From positions 6,504 to 70,503 of the forward strand of contig JBAZEO010000006.1 in NCBI GenBank assembly GCA_041653935.1: a stretch of DNA of 64,000 nucleotides. Reading direction: 5' to 3'. The position numbers and the translations under genes were made by a program. Shown here in pieces: positions 15,033-24,871 of this stretch. Position 1 is the first letter of the stretch. Each line of letters opens with the position of its first letter. The notes under the pieces are model-generated. The model was not told where the DNA came from and did not search any database. It worked only from the letters and a program-made list of their open reading frames with translations. This DNA is from Dehalococcoidia bacterium. GTDB lineage: Bacteria > Chloroflexota > Dehalococcoidia > E44-bin15.

Positions 15033-15440
15033 ATGGCACGAACGAAAGTTGGCAACGGTTACGTGTCCAAGAACCACGAAGGCTACACGGTCTTCACGTC
15101 CAAGACTGGCAGCCCAGTCGGCAGCATCGCCAAGGGACTTGCGAACGCATACGCCTTTCGCTTGTTCGGCTGCTACGGCTGGCATCAGTCCACCACACGA
15201 GCCGAGGCCGTCAATGCCTTGTTGGACCACGTTCGCTCGCTCAAGCGTGCCAAGGCGTACCGCAAGGCTCACGCCAAGTGCCTGTGTCGCGAACCCAAGC
15301 GGCACCGCGACTGCATGTATTGCGGAAGCGGGTACTGGGGCGAGGTGGTCTGCGGCGTCTGCAAGGAGCAGGGCATCGACGGCAAGGTGATCCGGGGCAC
15401 CGAGCGGAGGGTGTGTTCCAAGCATAAGGCCAGCCAATGA
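15033..15440 (+). CDS. Cys-rich hypothetical protein
   Basis: Internal ATG of the listed ORF 14946..15440 (MARTKVGNGY...). C-terminal CMYCGSGYWGEVVCGVCKEQG. Confidence 0.5.
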   Translation: MARTKVGNGYVSKNHEGYTVFTSKTGSPVGSIAKGLANAYAFRLFGCYGWHQSTTRAEAVNALLDHVRSLKRAKAYRKAHAKCLCREPKRHRDCMYCGSGYWGEVVCGVCKEQGIDGKVIRGTERRVCSKHKASQ

Positions 15441-15652
15441 AATCCAAGCACATCACAACCAAGGAAGCCGCAGCGATCATAGGGTGCAACGCTCGCCACG
15501 TACGCTCTATGATCGCTGACGGTACACTGCCTGCCACTCGCCATGATATGCCGGGTGGCTATTACTACACCGTCGTAGAGGACCACGCTGTAGCCCTCCG
15601 CAACACCAAACAATCCAAGGGATGGCCGCGTGGCGTATCCCGCAACCAGTGA
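15437..15652 (+). CDS. helix-turn-helix DNA-binding protein (excisionase/MerR-like HTH)
   Basis: ITTKEAAAIIGCNARHVRSMIADGTLPA. ATGA overlap with the upstream gene. Confidence 0.55.
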   Translation: MKSKHITTKEAAAIIGCNARHVRSMIADGTLPATRHDMPGGYYYTVVEDHAVALRNTKQSKGWPRGVSRNQ

Positions 15653-15681
15653 TCACACCACACACTACCAGGAGCAAACCG

Positions 15682-17586
15682 ATGAAGAAGAACGAAATCA
15701 AAGTCAAGGGCCTCTACCGTGCCAAGGTCAGCGGCAATCTGGTCACCGTTCGCGTGGACGCCATCCGCGAGCGTTACAACTCGCTGACCAAGAAGGAAAC
15801 CACGGTCTACGACGTGACGAACCTCACCACCAAACGCAAGACCACATTCCTGTCTGCCATGCGTTTCCGTGGGCCTGCTGCCATCAACGACCCTGCTCGC
15901 AAGCCCGTGGGCAAGCCGTTGGTTGAGGTGCTGGCGGAAGAGAAGCCTGTCAAGACTGCCCGCAAGCCCAAGATGGTGGTCGTGGAAGAGGTTGTTGCAG
16001 AGCCTGTGACGAAGACCTGTGGTGACAAGCAAGCTACGCTGGCCGACAAGCTGCGGCAACGCAAAGACACGGGTGTGGACAAGGCCCCCCACGTGATCGT
16101 GGAAGCCCGTGCCGGTACGGGCAAGACCACCACGCTCGTTGAGGGCCTGAAGCTACTCCGTGGCTTCGACACTGTGCTGAAGCCATCGCCCCAGCAGCAA
16201 GCCGTGTGGGATGCGATCGGTCTCAGCAAGGATAAGGCGAACAGCGTGTGCTTCGTAGCGTTCAACAAGGACATTGCCGCTGAGCTGAAGCGACGCGTGC
16301 CGCAAGGCTGCGACGCCATGACGATGCACGGTATGGGCTTCCGCGCCGTAGCCCGTCGCTTTGAACAGGGTGGTCGCCGCCTGGAAGTCAACGACCGTCG
16401 CGTGGACGCCATCATTGCGGAGCTGATGGATATGCCTCTCAAGGATCTGCGGTGGAAGGAGCCCCTTCTGCTGAAGGCCACGGTCCAACTGGTCAGCCTG
16501 TGCAAGATCAACTTGGTTTGCCCCGCTGATGCCAGCCTGGACGAGTTGGCAGCCTACTATGACGTAGACTGCAACGGTGACCGCCTCCGCGTCTACGACA
16601 TGGTAGCCCGCGTGCTGGAGCAGTGCAAGCGGGTGGACCTGGACAACACGATCGACTACGACGACATGATCTGGTTGCCGGTTGCGTTGGGTCTAAACAC
16701 CTACATCTACGATTTGCTTCTAGTCGACGAAGCGCAAGATCTATCTCGTTGCCAGCAAGCCCTAGCCAAGAAGTGTGGTCGCCGCCTGATCCTGTGTGGA
16801 GACCCCAAGCAAGCCATCTACGGCTTCGCTGGTGCCGACGCCGAGAGCATGCCACGCATGGAACGCGAGCTGGCTGCTACGGAGCGTGGGTGCATCCACC
16901 TGCCCCTCACGGTTACCCGTCGCTGCGGCAAGGCCATCGTTGCTGCGGCTCAGCGGTACGTGCCTGACTTTGAGGCCCACGAGTCCAACAGTGTGGGCAT
17001 CGTGAGCAACAACACGCTCGTGGGCTACCGTACCAAGGTGGCCGACGGCGATATGGTATTGTGCCGCACCAACGGTCCGCTCGTGTCCGAGTGCTTCAAG
17101 TTCCTTGCACAGGACCGCAAGGCCACCATCCAGGGACGCAACATCGGTAAGGGCCTGATCACCACAGTGGAACGGCTGAAGGCCACCACCATCATCGAGT
17201 TGATCGACAAGCTGGCTGCGTGGGAAGAGGTGGAGCGTGCCAAGGAAGAAGCCAAGAAGAATCCCAGCGAGGTGAAGCTGCAGAACATTACCGACAAGGT
17301 GGACTGCCTGCACGCCTTCATCAACAGCGGTGACATCAAGTCCGTAAACGACCTGATCACCAAGATCAACAGCATCTTCACGGACAACGCTGACGTACAA
17401 GGTATTCGCCTCAGCAGCATCCACAAGGCCAAGGGCCTGGAGGCCGAGCGAGTCTTCTTCATCAACAACAAAGATGCACCGTGCCCCCATCCCATGGCCA
17501 AGACTGCATGGGCCAGAGAACAAGAATCTAACCTCCTATATGTGGGAATTACACGTGCCAGAGCCGAGCTGGTTTTCGTTGCGTGA
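15682..17586 (+). CDS. UvrD/Rep-like SF1 DNA helicase
   Basis: EARAGTGKTTT (Walker A), LLLVDEAQDLS (motif II), LCGDPKQAIYGFAGAD (motif III), SSIHKAKGLEAERVF (motif V), NLLYVGITRARAEL (motif VI). Start taken at MKKNEIK, preceded by AGGAG. Confidence 0.85.
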   Translation: MKKNEIKVKGLYRAKVSGNLVTVRVDAIRERYNSLTKKETTVYDVTNLTTKRKTTFLSAMRFRGPAAINDPARKPVGKPLVEVLAEEKPVKTARKPKMVVVEEVVAEPVTKTCGDKQATLADKLRQRKDTGVDKAPHVIVEARAGTGKTTTLVEGLKLLRGFDTVLKPSPQQQAVWDAIGLSKDKANSVCFVAFNKDIAAELKRRVPQGCDAMTMHGMGFRAVARRFEQGGRRLEVNDRRVDAIIAELMDMPLKDLRWKEPLLLKATVQLVSLCKINLVCPADASLDELAAYYDVDCNGDRLRVYDMVARVLEQCKRVDLDNTIDYDDMIWLPVALGLNTYIYDLLLVDEAQDLSRCQQALAKKCGRRLILCGDPKQAIYGFAGADAESMPRMERELAATERGCIHLPLTVTRRCGKAIVAAAQRYVPDFEAHESNSVGIVSNNTLVGYRTKVADGDMVLCRTNGPLVSECFKFLAQDRKATIQGRNIGKGLITTVERLKATTIIELIDKLAAWEEVERAKEEAKKNPSEVKLQNITDKVDCLHAFINSGDIKSVNDLITKINSIFTDNADVQGIRLSSIHKAKGLEAERVFFINNKDAPCPHPMAKTAWAREQESNLLYVGITRARAELVFVA

Positions 17587-17750
17587 TTAGTAACTACTAC
17601 GAACCGAGGGGCGGACCACCACGCCCCCCACCACACTACCAAGGACAACTACAATGGAACGATGGATCATCGAGGGCCTGAAGGTTATGGCTGCGTTCTG
17701 TGCAGGAGCCGCCTTCAGTGCTTGGCTGTACGGTTAGGAGCCACCCTATA

Positions 17751-18056
17751 ATGAGCGAACCACTCAGCGTCCAGTGCCCCACGTGCCTACGGTGGCACGT
17801 AGATCAAGGTAGGCGGCAGACGTGCCGGTACTGCGGTCTACAACCACTGCCCAGTTTCAGTTACAGCTACGGCAGTGTTTTCTACCCTGTGATAGGAAAG
17901 GATCCAGCAGATGACGAAGCTAAGAGACTCAGACATAAGATCCGTGATCGTCTGGCTCCGGAACCTACGCAAGCAGTACGGGTGGCGGCAATCACTGCGA
18001 AGCTTGAAGAAAGCCGCCGGAGAGCAGGATCGCGTGGCCGTCGTCCTGCTCAATGA
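17751..18056 (+). CDS. zinc-ribbon protein
   Basis: MSEPLSVQCPTCLRW...CRYCG. TAGGAG lies upstream. The 3' half overlaps ORF 17911..18147 in another frame. Confidence 0.4.
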   Translation: MSEPLSVQCPTCLRWHVDQGRRQTCRYCGLQPLPSFSYSYGSVFYPVIGKDPADDEAKRLRHKIRDRLAPEPTQAVRVAAITAKLEESRRRAGSRGRRPAQ

Positions 18057-18147
18057 CTACACCCACCTCGTAGACAACGGCCTTTCACCCTACCAAGCGA
18101 TTCACACCGTGTTGGCATCGTGCTGCACGGACAAGCGACCCTCGTAA
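17911..18147 (+). CDS. hypothetical protein
   Basis: 78 aa helical-looking ORF overlapping the previous ORF by 146 nt. It is uncertain whether both are expressed. Confidence 0.35.
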   Translation: MTKLRDSDIRSVIVWLRNLRKQYGWRQSLRSLKKAAGEQDRVAVVLLNDYTHLVDNGLSPYQAIHTVLASCCTDKRPS

Positions 18148-18162
18148 CCTAGGAGCTACGTC

Positions 18163-18360
18163 ATGAGTTTGAAAAGCTGCGTCGTCGACAAGAAGGCCAA
18201 GACCATCACCATCGTCATGGACTTGGAAGACCCGAAGCCCTCATCCAGTGGCAAGACCCTCGTGGTAGCTAGTACCCACGGGAACACCCCCACGGCTGCC
18301 GTCGTGGATGGCAAGCCCCTCGTGGTCGGCCTCAACGCCTACATCAAGGCTGCTGGCTAG
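18163..18360 (+). CDS. hypothetical protein
   Basis: 65 aa with TAGGAG upstream. Last gene of the rightward block. Confidence 0.5.
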   Translation: MSLKSCVVDKKAKTITIVMDLEDPKPSSSGKTLVVASTHGNTPTAAVVDGKPLVVGLNAYIKAAG

Positions 18361-18392
18361 CCTACGGCTGCCGTGTCTGCCACAGCTCCCAC

Positions 18393-18428
18393 GCCCTACT
18401 CGGCTCACGCTGGGTAGGGCATTTTTTG
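18393..18428 (+). terminator. rho-independent terminator
   Basis: gccctac (18393-18399) / gtagggc (18414-18420), followed by ATTTTTTG. Confidence 0.6.
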
Positions 18429-18594
18429 TTGGTATTAAGATAGTTAAGATGGGTAAGCTGGGGCGTACCGTTTTTAAGGCCCCTGGGGGCTCTGTTTACG
18501 CGGGGGTAGGCCCTAGGCGTAGTTTGGGGCCAACCTAGGCCCTGTAAGCGGCAAATGGCCGACCCTGCCACGCCACAGGCCCCTCCCGCCCCTC

Positions 18595-18649
18595 GGCTAC
18601 CGGGAGCAAGCGGTAGCCAAGGGTGCTAGGTGCTGCCTGGGGCACCTAG
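18595..18649 (-). terminator. two GC-rich hairpins at the end of the leftward late block
   Basis: ggctaccg/cggtagcc (18595/18611) and ctaggtgc/gcacctag (18626/18642). No clear U tract. Convergent with the + block terminator. Confidence 0.35.
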
Positions 18650-19644
18650 GAGGGGGGTAACAAGGTAAGCAGGGCACGGCAGGCGTTGTCCACATCATCC
18701 TCCGTCATGGTCTCGGTCACGGGTAAGTAGAACACACTACGGCTGAGGCGGAAGGCCATAGTGTTCTGCCGGTTGAAGTATTCGGGTTGCTCGGTCATGG
18801 GCCTGAAGCCGCACCGTGCCTGGATGCCAGCCTCGTTCAGCTCGCGGACGATGTGATGCTGCATGGACAAGGTCATACCTGGTACATTCACATCATAGAC
18901 CCACACAGACTCTCGCTGGGGCATGTGCCAGGGTCTAGGGATGCGAGCGTCGTACCAGCCCTCCACGAACTTGCGGTGTCGCAGATTGGCTTCCATGTGC
19001 AACAGGCTGTCTATGATCGGTGTGGCCAACAAGTCGGCGAGCCGGTAGTTGTGCCCACGTGGTCTATGGACAAAGTCGTGGTCTGGTGTGAAACCTAGAC
19101 ACCGTAGCTGACGGGCGAATACTGCCTTGGCTGCGTCACGGAAGTAGACTGCGCCACCCTCTTCGCCGTGGACCACCTTGTTACGGTAGAAGCTCCAACA
19201 GGCTGCGTCGGTGTGTGGATGTGGCTTGGTACCGTGCAGCTCTGCCATATCCTCTACGATATACATACCGTGTGCATCTAGGGCAGAGAGAGCGTCCATG
19301 TTGCAACGGCGACCGTAGATGTGCACAGCCATGAGAGCCTGCGCGTGTGTGGCCAAGCGATGGGCTCGTAGTGGTGCTATGAGTAGATCACGGTCACAGT
19401 CCACGAAGACGGGCGTGTGGCCTGCCAGGGTTACGGCTCTAGCACATGCAACCATCGTGTAGTCGGGTACCAACACGTTGGAGCCACGCTGTAGGCCACT
19501 GGCTTCTAGGGCAAGATGGAGGGCTGCGGTACCGCTACTGCAAGCTACCACGTTATCGGGTGAGCAGCCTAACCAGTCGGCCAACTTGTGTTCTAAGACT
19601 TGGTGGGCTTGCATACTAGTGATCCTGTTCACGGAGGAAGGCAT
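18646..19644 (-). CDS. DegT/DnrJ/EryC1-type PLP-dependent sugar aminotransferase
   Basis: VVACSSGTAALHLALEASGL, VLVPDYTMVACARAV, and SFYRNKVVHGEEGG (the active-site Lys context SFxxxKxxxxGEGG). Confidence 0.75.
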   Translation of the reverse strand: MPSSVNRITSMQAHQVLEHKLADWLGCSPDNVVACSSGTAALHLALEASGLQRGSNVLVPDYTMVACARAVTLAGHTPVFVDCDRDLLIAPLRAHRLATHAQALMAVHIYGRRCNMDALSALDAHGMYIVEDMAELHGTKPHPHTDAACWSFYRNKVVHGEEGGAVYFRDAAKAVFARQLRCLGFTPDHDFVHRPRGHNYRLADLLATPIIDSLLHMEANLRHRKFVEGWYDARIPRPWHMPQRESVWVYDVNVPGMTLSMQHHIVRELNEAGIQARCGFRPMTEQPEYFNRQNTMAFRLSRSVFYLPVTETMTEDDVDNACRALLTLLPPS

Positions 19645-20755
19645 CGTTGATCATACGTTCGCAGCTAGCGGCACAACGCGGACAACCGTCTGCCGTATGG
19701 GGCCACGCATTAACGTAGCGACGCCACGCTGACGAGAAGGACTCGGTTTGTAGGTCACCGTAAGCGAGGTGGTCATACTGACGGAAGCTGATGCCTTGAC
19801 AGGGGAACAGCTTGCCCGTGGCTGCTACTGCGGCGAATAGGAGGCCGTTGTAGCAGAGCGAACCGTTGTAGGAACTGGCCTCTACGTCACGGAAGCTGAT
19901 GCGTGATGGGTCGAACCGTGCTGCCTTGGTTGCTGCCTTGATACTACGTTCAGCAGTGATGGCGTCTACATACACGTTAGTAAGAAACCATCTGCGGTAG
20001 GCTTCCGGAGCACTGGAGGGCATGTAGTCTGTCGTGAAGCGTATGCTCACGGTGTCAGGCAGGCACTGCATCCACTGAAGCAGATGGGTCAACTGTGCAG
20101 AGGTGCCGTTGATACGAGTGACGCGGCAGTTGAGGCGGATGGTCAGGGGGGCATTGCACTCGGATGCCAGTTCACATAATGAGATGATGTTGCCTTCTTC
20201 AGCCTTGATGCCCGGATTCAGGCCCCACACGGGACGACACAGATCTACGTACGTGAGCAGATCGTGCGTACACTTGGAGATGGTCACGTAGGAGCCGCTT
20301 GTAGGTGAGGCGAGGGCTGCTGCCACGATAGCTTGGCGTACGGCTGGCGTTAGGCCAAGACCGTAGGTGTGCAGCTTGACGCCCCAGTGTGGCCCGCCTT
20401 CCTGAAGAAAATGGCAGAGCAGGTCAGCGTTCGTAGACGGGTCGCTGTAAGTACCCGACAGCACTACGGAAGGAACCTGCATCTCTATGAGGTCGTCTAT
20501 GAGGCTGTCGTAGTGCTGTCGGGTGAGGGATCCGTATTCACGGTGGAATTGGCCATGGCAGTCCACACAACGCTGTAAACACACGGGCGAGCCTAGTAGA
20601 GCAGGATGCACTTCCACTTGGTAGGGCCTACACGGTGGCGGGCCATTGCCGCGCACGTAGGCAGACACGGCGTCCCAGTAGCCTCGGCTCCGTTGCTTGA
20701 ACTCGCTGGCGTAGTCGTTGTGTTGATAGGCTGTCATGGCTGCTCCTTCAGTCAA
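19616..20755 (-). CDS. radical SAM protein (possible SPASM-type C-terminus)
   Basis: CLQRCVDCH is a CxxxCxxC cluster. C-terminal CPRCAASC. Confidence 0.6.
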   Translation of the reverse strand: MTEGAAMTAYQHNDYASEFKQRSRGYWDAVSAYVRGNGPPPCRPYQVEVHPALLGSPVCLQRCVDCHGQFHREYGSLTRQHYDSLIDDLIEMQVPSVVLSGTYSDPSTNADLLCHFLQEGGPHWGVKLHTYGLGLTPAVRQAIVAAALASPTSGSYVTISKCTHDLLTYVDLCRPVWGLNPGIKAEEGNIISLCELASECNAPLTIRLNCRVTRINGTSAQLTHLLQWMQCLPDTVSIRFTTDYMPSSAPEAYRRWFLTNVYVDAITAERSIKAATKAARFDPSRISFRDVEASSYNGSLCYNGLLFAAVAATGKLFPCQGISFRQYDHLAYGDLQTESFSSAWRRYVNAWPHTADGCPRCAASCERMINDAFLREQDH

Positions 20756-21369
20756 GTCTGTTTTCTTCTAAAGATTACATCGCGGCGGTATCTGTCTTTC
20801 TTTGGGCTTAGAAACTCACAATTCCACTCCTTGACTACTTCAAAGCCCAGAGGATCTAAGTAATCCTTGAATCTGTTGAGCTCAGCCTCCATCCCAAGTT
20901 CAGCCGTTTCGATGATCTCGATGTTCATGAGCCGAATACTTCCCCCTTGCAACAAATCTCTTCCGCCGACTAGGGCTGGCATCTCACTCCCTTCGATATC
21001 CATCCACAAAATCGCATCCTGAAACGGTCCGAAGTAACAGTTCAGCCATTCTAGAGTCACAACTGGAACTAGATAAGCTGACCCAGGCATGTCAACCAGT
21101 TTTCCCTGACCGATTACGGACAGCCGCATTCCAGACATTTCTACGGCTTGTCCGATGGCCATAGGCAACAGCATTCCAGGGAATTGTTCCTGGACCTGAT
21201 ATTGGAATCCCCCTTGATGGGGCTCCAATCCTATGATAGGAACTGATGGGTAGACTTCATGAAAGATTTGCCCTTCATTGCCATTAGCCGGTCCTGCCAA
21301 AATGAAATGGCTCGGTTGAAAGTTGATGTGAGGAAACAGATTCCTAACCTGTCCAGGTTCATAGATCAT
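20752..21369 (-). CDS. FkbM-family methyltransferase
   Basis: ILWMDIEGSEMPALVGGRDLL matches the lKiDvEGaExxvLxG hallmark. The DNA here is visibly more AT-rich than its surroundings. Confidence 0.55.
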   Translation of the reverse strand: MIYEPGQVRNLFPHINFQPSHFILAGPANGNEGQIFHEVYPSVPIIGLEPHQGGFQYQVQEQFPGMLLPMAIGQAVEMSGMRLSVIGQGKLVDMPGSAYLVPVVTLEWLNCYFGPFQDAILWMDIEGSEMPALVGGRDLLQGGSIRLMNIEIIETAELGMEAELNRFKDYLDPLGFEVVKEWNCEFLSPKKDRYRRDVIFRRKQT

Positions 21370-21390
21370 TTGACATTTACTTTCTAATTG

Positions 21391-22194
21391 CTAGACGTAG
21401 CCCATCAAGTTTCTCTTCTTCCAGTAGCCGAGATCTTCTGGGTTTGCATACAAACGAGCCCTCCATTCTCTCTGCCCCCCAATCCCGACAAAAGCATCCC
21501 AGATACTGCCACAATCAAGAAAAGTACAATCAGGCATTTCTTTCCAGAGTTCGGATATGATTAGAGCTGCGCTGAGGCCAGCACAAACGACAAAGACCGT
21601 GCAAGGGGCGTAGTTCTGCTTGGATTCCTGCACTACTCGGCTAATCCCTGCAGAATCTAAGTGAAAGTTAGGACCGTGGATCTCAATAAATCCTGCATAG
21701 TTAAGGAAGTCTAACCCGCGCAGTGCCGAGTTCCCAATAATGATCGTTCTTTGATTCTGTAGGCAACTGATCAAAGGATACAATCCCCCGCGCTCCGCCA
21801 GATGATCAGTCACAATATCTCTCTCGTAGAAAGGGAGCCTGTAATCTATTTCGCTTACGAACTCCTCAATTCTTCTGGGGATCCCTGCATTATAGAAGTC
21901 TGCTAAATCCCACATGCAAGAAGGAACAGCGACAAGAAAATCAGGATCCTTCCGATAGTCCTCAAGAACCCTTCGCAGCTTCTGCCCTGTTTCTGCAGTC
22001 ATTAGTTGTCCAAGCCCGGTCTTCTTGCCTAGATCGTGCGACAGAATGCAAAACCACTCTGCGTCAGAGAATCCCGGGAATGCAAATGAAATTCCATTGT
22101 TGATCCTCTCAATATAGTAATCGATAGTTCGAATTTCAAATTGCATTGAATGCCTCCGGTATAGGGCCTCTGTATTCTTGTACTCTTGCCCCAC
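21391..22194 (-). CDS. putative glycosyltransferase (GT-D / DUF1792-like)
   Basis: FAFPGFSDAEWFCIL and VFVVCAGLSAALII...FLDCGSIWD resemble the DUF1792 pattern. AT-rich segment. Confidence 0.35.
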   Translation of the reverse strand: MGQEYKNTEALYRRHSMQFEIRTIDYYIERINNGISFAFPGFSDAEWFCILSHDLGKKTGLGQLMTAETGQKLRRVLEDYRKDPDFLVAVPSCMWDLADFYNAGIPRRIEEFVSEIDYRLPFYERDIVTDHLAERGGLYPLISCLQNQRTIIIGNSALRGLDFLNYAGFIEIHGPNFHLDSAGISRVVQESKQNYAPCTVFVVCAGLSAALIISELWKEMPDCTFLDCGSIWDAFVGIGGQREWRARLYANPEDLGYWKKRNLMGYV

Positions 22195-22975
22195 GAGGTA
22201 GATTCATACCGGGACTCCAGGTACGAAACATGTCACGAGAGTCGACGTACCATTGGCGACCGTCAACGACTCCCTCCCCACGGTTGATGTAGTAGGTATG
22301 CTTAGCTTCTCGCATCGCAGGATTGGAAGCGAACGCCATATGAATACAATGTGGCTTATTGAAGGTAGCCATAGCACCACGTTCATTGCCGACTTCAGGT
22401 CGCTGATGATTTGTACTGTAGCGTAGGTCCTTGTTCCAGCGGATACCCTTTGTGTGTCTCATATCCCAGAAACCCCCAGTGACCTCATATTGGAATAGGG
22501 GAGCATAGTCAATGCTCTGCGGATGCCAGATATGTGTAAACTGAAAGCAGAAGTGACGATATTTGCCGCCACTAACCCGCAATCGTTGGTTGATTGCAGA
22601 TTGGTCAGATCGCATGTAGAACTCATCAGCGTCAAGGATCATCAGAAACTCAGGTGCAACGTCCAGGAGTGCGTCAAGGTACTGCTGTCGAGCCTCTATC
22701 TTGCCCAGTGCTGGGTTACTGTTGGAACAGAAGCCATAGGGTATGTAGATAATCCTAGGGTCACAGAAGGCTAGGTCTTGTAGGAATTGTGAGGTACCGT
22801 CCACACTGAGGCCCTCGGTAGTTACCATGTGTGGTGATGTGGCAGCATAGACACGGTCTGCAGATTCCACGAAGATCCACTTGGTCAGATTGGGCCAATC
22901 CTTGTGCTGCTCGTACAGTTTGGGCAGCCACTCCATCTCGTTGAGTACGAGGGTGCATAGAGCTATGCTAGGCAT
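22136..22975 (-). CDS. glycosyltransferase, GT-A fold (family 2-like)
   Basis: SIALCTLVLNEMEWLPKL at the N-terminus and a MILDADEF (DxD) motif. Confidence 0.55.
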   Translation of the reverse strand: MPSIALCTLVLNEMEWLPKLYEQHKDWPNLTKWIFVESADRVYAATSPHMVTTEGLSVDGTSQFLQDLAFCDPRIIYIPYGFCSNSNPALGKIEARQQYLDALLDVAPEFLMILDADEFYMRSDQSAINQRLRVSGGKYRHFCFQFTHIWHPQSIDYAPLFQYEVTGGFWDMRHTKGIRWNKDLRYSTNHQRPEVGNERGAMATFNKPHCIHMAFASNPAMREAKHTYYINRGEGVVDGRQWYVDSRDMFRTWSPGMNLPRGARVQEYRGPIPEAFNAI

Positions 22976-23958
22976 TCAAGCGTTTCCTGGTAGATGGGCT
23001 TGAGGGCTTCCCACGAGTGAGCCTGAGCCCACTGGCGTCCCTGTAGTGAGAAGGAGGTTATGTCACGACCGTACCATGCGTCTATAGATTCTGCTATGGC
23101 ACGTGGGTCTACGATAGCACGGTCAAACTCCACGGCCTGTGAGTCACAGACGTAGTGGTTCACGGGCAGCAACGGCTCGCACGGTAGCCACGTGTTAGTG
23201 GGGTAGCGGTCAGTGGTCATGACGAGCATGCCGCTCGCGTAGGCCTCCTGAAGCGGAAGGCTCATACCGTTGTATTGCTCTGCATTGATGAACACATCAC
23301 ACTCAGCAGGGTAGAGGTGGTCGTCGTCAAACTCACCGAACTGGAACTCTACGCGAGGGTTGCCCTTCTCGGCGTCAAACAACTCGCGGATACGCTTCTC
23401 ACCCGGTTGGCCACGCACGATCAGCTTGATGGGTGATTGAACATATTGCATGGCTTCTACGAGCTGAGGTGTTCCCTTAGCAAAGCCTCGTTGACCGTGG
23501 CCTGCATTATGGATGAATGTGTGGGCCTTCTCGCGCAGTCGCCACGGAAAGCGATCTACCTCCACGGGCATCGTCAAGAACTTGGTGTTGTAGAGGCTCT
23601 TGTAGTAATCCACATCCAGCAATGAGCCGCATAACACGAGGTCGGGCTTGACGGGTATGGGGAACGGTGTGTACTCGTAGTTTGGTATCATGACGACCTT
23701 GGTGCCCTGTACACGCGATCGCTTGGGTATGTCCCACACGAAGGCGTTCTCAAAGAGTATGAGTACGTCTAGGCCCTGTAGGAACGCCTTGTACTTCTCA
23801 CGTGGGAACCTGCGGTCAGCAGGATACCAACTGCTGTAGTTCTGGTAGTGAGGGTGTCGGATGATGAGGACACGGTTGACCAAGCCAGCCTGATAGAAGG
23901 ATCGCATAAGGTGCCCTAGACCGCTGTGTACCTCGTAGCCGATCGCACCAACGTTCAT
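22963..23958 (-). CDS. glycosyltransferase, GT-B fold (group 1 / GT4-like)
   Basis: 331 aa with C-terminal LQEAYASGMLVMTTD, matching the ExxxxGxPVIxxd pattern. Confidence 0.55.
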   Translation of the reverse strand: MNVGAIGYEVHSGLGHLMRSFYQAGLVNRVLIIRHPHYQNYSSWYPADRRFPREKYKAFLQGLDVLILFENAFVWDIPKRSRVQGTKVVMIPNYEYTPFPIPVKPDLVLCGSLLDVDYYKSLYNTKFLTMPVEVDRFPWRLREKAHTFIHNAGHGQRGFAKGTPQLVEAMQYVQSPIKLIVRGQPGEKRIRELFDAEKGNPRVEFQFGEFDDDHLYPAECDVFINAEQYNGMSLPLQEAYASGMLVMTTDRYPTNTWLPCEPLLPVNHYVCDSQAVEFDRAIVDPRAIAESIDAWYGRDITSFSLQGRQWAQAHSWEALKPIYQETLECLA

Positions 23959-23959
23959 G

Positions 23960-24871
23960 TTAGAGCCCTCTGTGCTTGTTAATGACCAGCTCTACGAGGA
24001 GCGCCGTGTCAATCCTACTTACTTTACGGAGTGTGTCTGTGAGTTGGCCAATGTCCCCGACCAACGGCGCAGGCTGCGCACCGACCCCAGTCGTATTGAT
24101 GGGCAGGTCTGTCTTGAGTATGTCCGCTGCCATCTGCACTAGCTTGCGAGGCGTCATGGGCTTGCCAGTACAGACTTGCACGTCACACGGTGGAGCCTCT
24201 TCCAGTAGGTTGACGGCGTCTACCATGTAGTCGTAGGCGTAGCCTAGGTCTAGGAAGGCTCCTGGATAACGGAGTGAGATGTGCTGCTGCTTGCCGCTTG
24301 CTACGGCTAGGGCCTGCTCGCACACTTCCTGGAGGAGATAGCCAGAGCTGCGTCGCGGTGAGTCGTGGTTAAACATGATGCCACACGTGATCCGCAGTCC
24401 GTGGACTGCGCGGTAGTGCGTGCAAATCAAGTAGGCCGCATACTTGGCGATCGCGTAGGGGCTCTTAGGTGCGATCGCGTAGCTGCTGTTCTCATACATG
24501 CTGCTGGAACATGGCTGGAACACCTTGATCCTGTCATCTACGTGCCGCACAGCCTCCAGCAAGTTGATCACGCCCTTGGTCGTAACGTCAAAGGCGTAGG
24601 ACGGTAATGTGTAGCTCCATCGTATGTCGTCCTGGTCTGCTTCGTTGAAGATGAGTGACGGTTGCACATCGTCGATAATCCGCAGCAGCGAGTTAGGCTC
24701 CGTCAGGTCGCCTTGGTGGGGGTGTACACTGCCAAGGCAGTGCTCGATCCGCTGGAGGTTGTTCACACTGCTGCGACGGTAGAGGCCGTGCACCTCGTAG
24801 CCCTTGGCTAGCAGTATGTCTGCTAAGTAGCTGCCGTCCTGCCCACCGATACCTAAGATGAGTGCCCTCAC
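23960..24871 (-). CDS. NDP-sugar 4,6-dehydratase (GDP-mannose 4,6-dehydratase-like SDR)
   Basis: MRALILGIGGQDGSYLADILLAKGYEVHGLYRRSS matches the Gmd N-terminus. YAIAKYAAY supplies YxxxK. Confidence 0.7.
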   Translation of the reverse strand: MRALILGIGGQDGSYLADILLAKGYEVHGLYRRSSVNNLQRIEHCLGSVHPHQGDLTEPNSLLRIIDDVQPSLIFNEADQDDIRWSYTLPSYAFDVTTKGVINLLEAVRHVDDRIKVFQPCSSSMYENSSYAIAPKSPYAIAKYAAYLICTHYRAVHGLRITCGIMFNHDSPRRSSGYLLQEVCEQALAVASGKQQHISLRYPGAFLDLGYAYDYMVDAVNLLEEAPPCDVQVCTGKPMTPRKLVQMAADILKTDLPINTTGVGAQPAPLVGDIGQLTDTLRKVSRIDTALLVELVINKHRGL

